From Catajapyx aquilonaris (taxonomy: Eukaryota): 64,000 nt of DNA. Numbering within the stretch: position 1 is the stretch's first letter; the number at the start of each line of letters is the position of its first letter. The stretch is from NCBI GenBank assembly GCA_000934665.2, contig KZ538443.1:1-64000 (forward strand), read 5' to 3'. Below are positions 59,221 to 64,000 of the stretch, piece after piece. Both the position numbers and the translations under genes were made by a program. The notes beneath the pieces were generated by a model, which worked only from the letters and a program-made list of their open reading frames with translations, did not search any database and was not told where the DNA came from.

Positions 59221-61123
59221 TAAACGCGGTCTTTTTTTATTAACCAATTCTCGTAGATTGCAGCAGTGCTGACTTGTAAGTGGTAGGCTGCAGTTAATCT
59301 GGTGAATATCAGCAATGACATGTGCTTGCAGGTTAGTATGCAGGCTGTAGTGCATTAGTGTGAGATTGCCAGTTGCGCTTGCAAGTAATGGGGTGTAGGT
59401 TTGAGAGTTCATTGAGGCAGTTCATTAATTTTAAAACCTGAGTATCGGTTGTCTCGCGCAATGTGGTGGTCAAAGGTTGAAGCGATACGTGAAAGTTTGG
59501 AATTCGAATGCGAAGAGTAGCAAAGGTGAAACCCCAGCAGAGTTGCTTTGACTAGGAAGTATCCCGAAGAGCATTACTTATCAAGTGCTTATAATTGTCG
59601 CTTCCGGTGACGCCTTCAGGTTGTGTCAAATATCAAGCAATGGGATTCTCTGAGGAATTTACAATGCAGATAACAAATGTGTCAGGTTCTTTAATACTGC
59701 CGACTTGGCAAAGGCTGTTCCGAGAAGTAATGGGGTTTCTAGAACTGTGATGCTCCTGATGAAAAGTTGTACAAATGCAAATTAGATGTTTTTTGAATGA
59801 GCACAGTTTTGTGGATGTCAGTGCTGTATTTATAGCATTGTAAAAAAACAGTATAAATTTGCTCGAATTGTCAGAAATTGCTTTACTATTGACCAGTATT
59901 TGCTTTAGACATTTTGCTTCCATTAGATGTAATATTTTAACTTCCGTCTGGTTGCATATGCTGTGATGGTGAAGGTCACTCAGAAAGTTAAACATCTGTA
60001 AAGTGATGGCATTAAAATTGAATTCCTTGCATGTCTTGTGGTATTATATTCTCCTGTCAACTCATTGCATTTGCTCAACTTGTTCCGTAACTACATTATC
60101 TTTGTTAGATACAATTCAGCCACGCCACTGACAGTGGATGCATTTCTTGCATCAGTGTCCAAATGACTACTACACACATATTTTTAAAAGAACTAGTCAC
60201 TTTTAGGCATCAGTACTAGACTATTTGGGGGACATGACTGAATTCAAAGTGGTATTTTGGAATTGTAGCCTCTGACACTTACGTCCTGTGAACTAGTGCC
60301 TTGTATGGTCGCATTTGAACGCCAATTTTCCGCAGCCGTTCTTTAATGTTGATATGCAAAGGAGTTACAGTGTCAACATGTCACCATCCAATGATTGTGG
60401 TTTTGTTGGCACATATTTGAGAAATACTGCATCCAGCATACAATACTACATGCCCAGCATCCAGAATACAATATATTGCTGTCCGTGTCACTGAACATTG
60501 GCGTATAGAACTTCCTGGGGGTAACAAGTCATTCTGTTATGATCATGTGGATTCCTTCCCTTGTAGTCGTGCCGTTGAATCCACATTTTATCTGCAGTTA
60601 CTGTTGCAACCAAATGCAGAGTGGGTTCACTTTATGAGTTGCTAATTTTTCTGTGCTAGATTTGACAGCAATTTTTCCATTCCATGAAAAAGGATGTGAA
60701 TTACACTTACCTATGACATATCCTTTTCTAGGGCAATCTTACACATTCAGTTTCCTGTTAACAGTGGCAGAACTATAGTAGTTCAGACAGTTCAGGCTAA
60801 TTAGGGTCCCTGCACAGAGATGACCCTGTGATAAAAGTGACTGACAGGAAAGAAGGGCTCTTATGTATTCCTGAATCTGGGCTTGTTGAAAGTCTGGTGG
60901 TGCCACTTCCTAATGTTCCTATTCTCCAGTAGCAAGTCCTCCACCTGGGTGTACATCAGTATGGCAGATTGCAGGAAATATCTATTGTAGGGATCATTTT
61001 GAAGAGACACCTTTCCTGACATGAATTGTTTGGCCTAATATTTGACCTGGCATTGGAAATATATATCATCACAGTATTTTACAGCTACATGGTGGATTTC
61101 ACAGTGAAAGCAGTAGTGATGTA

Positions 61124-61600
61124 CACTACCTGTCAGAAGTCTGAGCACACCCTCCCAAATACTGGAATTTTTTATTACTACTTGTGTCAACAGAACAAAA
61201 ATGTTAGAAATGTAGCAACTGGGCATAATTGGACCAGTTACATCATTTCCAAAGCCCAATAACAAAATCAACTGGTAAAAATGGGACATCTGAGTGAAGA
61301 TTACGGAGTGCGGTGATTGTGCTCTATGTAACTCTTCATTTTTCCTGTGAGCAAAGGGGCCCTCTCTAGGTTTCTGTAGTCTGGCAACACATTCACTAGC
61401 GACAGCATGTATGAGAACACAAACCACACACATACTGCAGCAGCCATGGATGGCGTACAGCCCTAGACAGCTTTTGATCATTTCTGCAACAATGGTGCCA
61501 ACCAATTGTCACCAATTGAACTGGAGCACATAAACGAGGTAGCAAGTGTGTGTGATGCAAGAAATGAAGCTGTCATTAAGAGCCATAGCGAAGATACTAC

Positions 61601-61654
<54 letters not shown>

Positions 61655-63013
61655 TCATACCCCGTTATCAGTCGGCGGCTCTTTAGGGGGGAAATTTTTG
61701 TTTTGACTGGAACTCTTTGCTTTCATTTTACTTAGCTTTTTGGGATAGGATAGGGATGGAAGGAAGCGGCTGTGGCCTGTTGTTACGGAAACGAGCCCAG
61801 AATTATCCTGGAAGGACCGTGGGAAACCACAGAAAACCATGGTCAGGGTCGCCGGCCCCGGGATTCGAACCCAGGACCTCCCGAGTAGCAGGCGGACTCC
61901 ATAACCACTACACCAACCTGCTTCGGTCCATAGCGAAGATACTGAAGATTTCTGTTTGGACCTGGCATCGAAGCCTACTTAGGAAAGCAGAAACTGGGCA
62001 AAATATCATGAAAAAAAGGAGTGCTGCCCCCAGTAAAACCTCACAAGGTGAGGAAAATTTCATAGTGATCCAGTCCAAGAGAAACAGAAAGTTCACATCA
62101 AGCGATATTGCAGGGGAACTCAATGCAAGACGGGCAAATGAAGTGTCTCAATGAACTGTGGTGGGGGTCTGCATGATGTATTGATGCTGGTCTTGTTGGT
62201 AGGGTAGCAACCAGGAAGCTTTTTCTGAGGAAGGCCAACATAGCAAAGAGGCTAGAGTGGGCCCAAGAACACAATATCAGTGGAGGAAGGGGCTGTGACC
62301 AGCATCATACAGACCCCCCACCACAGTTCATTGAGACACTTGATTTGCCCGTCTTGCACTGAGTTCCCCTGCCATATCGCTTGATGTGAACTTTCTGCTT
62401 CTCTTGGACTGGATCACTATGAAATTGTCCTCACCTTGTGAGGTTTTACTGGGGGCAGCACTCCTTTTTTTCATGATATTTTGCCCAGTTTCTGCTTTCC
62501 TAAGCAGGTTTCGACGCAAGGTCCAAACAGAAATCTTCAGCATTTTTGTTATGGCTCTTATTAACAGCTTTATTTCTCGCATCACACACACTTGCTACCT
62601 TGTTTATGTGCTCCAGTTCAATTGGTGACAATTGGTTGCCACCATTGTTGCAGAAATGATCAAAAGCTATCTAGGGCTGTATGCCGTCCATGGCTGCTGC
62701 AGTATGTGTGTGGTTTGTGATCTCATACATGCTGTAGCTAGTGAATGTGTTGCCAGACTACAGAAACCTAGAGAGGGCCCATTTGCTCACCGGAAAAATG
62801 AAGAGTTACATAGAGCACAATCACCGCACTCCGTAATCTTCAATCAGATGTGCCATTTTTACCAGTTGATTTTGTTTTTGGGCTTTGGAAATGGTGGAAT
62901 TGGTCCAATTATGTCCAGTTGCTACATTTCTAACATTTTTGTTCTGTTGACACAAGCAGTAATAAAAAATGCCAGTATTTGGGAGGGTGTGCTCAGACTT
63001 CTGACAGGTAGTG
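61124..63013. mobile_element. Foldback Tc1 derivative made of two 5' halves of the element
   Basis: TA TSD; CACTACCTGTCAGAAGTCTGAGCACACC ends; both arms encode IAK.LKISVWT..R.LLRKAETG..KKRS.AP.KTS..E.NFIV... Confidence 0.9.
61599..61927 (-). mobile_element. SINE family D copy in the left arm of the foldback
   Basis: 16-bp TSD CCATAGCGAAGATACT; (TTA)n tail; absent from the right arm. Confidence 0.9.
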
Positions 63014-64000
63014 TAGCTCAATAATTTTTAGTAGAGATGACAGCTAATATGGTGCTGACAGAAGGAAAAGTTACACTCAACTTATTTTTATTGATATCTT
63101 GAACTGCTACTGCAAAAAGACCTTCAGGCTCGGGTGACCCTGCCAGTAGCCGAAGTTACTGCTGATGTAGCTCAGATTAGGGTCATTGAAAAGTTAATGA
63201 AATTTATTAGTGCATACTCCTGGTTATGCATTGTAATATTCTATTTGAAAGGAATTACAGGGCAACCAGTAAGGCACAGTCACCATTTCACGTAAAGGGA
63301 GTTTTACTGAATGATATAAAATTTGGGTGTCACATATCATTGCTATATAAAAATGAACAATAATTCTTCCAACATTCAAATAATAACTATTACAGCTGCT
63401 TCCTGTGGCCATTTAAAAGTTAAATAAAATGCAATTTATCAACCTGGATTTTTGCCATTCAAGTATAAATCAATAGAACAAACTGAATTTCACTTTTTCT
63501 TCTGATATATTATCAGCCTCACTAAATCTCCATTAAAATTATTTGACTACAAGGCAAAAATAATCCTTGGAACTCTCCTTGATAACTACACATTTATATA
63601 TCAATGCTTTATTCATTTTTACTATTATTTAAGCACGATGATTCTAAAAAGACTTCTGAATGATTTGTTAATATTGTTATGGAACAGGTACAGTTAAGAA
63701 GGATACCATACCTTATTTCCTGTTTGGGGATTCACTTGATCACCATATTTTACTCCCTTCACATATAGTTTTTTGATTCCCCCCACCATGTAATTGGCCA
63801 GTGATAATAATTAATGATATCAAATGTAATATTCAGAGTAATTAATTCATGTGTGCTTCAGCCAGGGTGATTGTTAAATTCACTCCATTCTAAGCATAAG
63901 GCACACACCAAATTTCAAAATGTGTGCAAGTCAGAATCTCATCATCTCACTTCAATTACCTGAGTGTAATTTTCAAGGTTGTGGGTGCAAAAAAAAAAAA

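Noticed and set aside
59633..61050. Possible exons or ORFs, including minus-strand donors near 60282 and 60710
   Set aside because: All frames I tried hit stops and gave no recognisable protein

Overview
Eukaryotic, repeat-rich genomic DNA, most likely from an arthropod (spliced genes, tRNA-derived SINEs, Tc1/mariner, piggyBac, hAT and PIF-type elements). It is not prokaryotic and has no CRISPR or rRNA. Two + strand multi-exon genes can be built with GT-AG junctions and consistent phases: an FBF1/twitchy-like coiled-coil gene (14 coding exons, 9975-39623, about 896 aa) and TXNL1 (6 coding exons, 47484-53094, about 285 aa, WCGPC thioredoxin plus PITH domain). A tRNA-Leu-derived sequence lies at 1903-1979. 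Most of the rest is a dense, nested transposon landscape. The most notable patterns are three. (1) Many long foldback elements, including two built from two copies of the same end of a Tc1/mariner transposase. (2) Four different tRNA-SINE families that share a structurally conserved 3' stem-loop tail, with signs of module and tail swapping. (3) Multi-tier nested insertions with intact target-site duplications (TSDs). All family assignments come from motif recognition by eye; no database searches were run.
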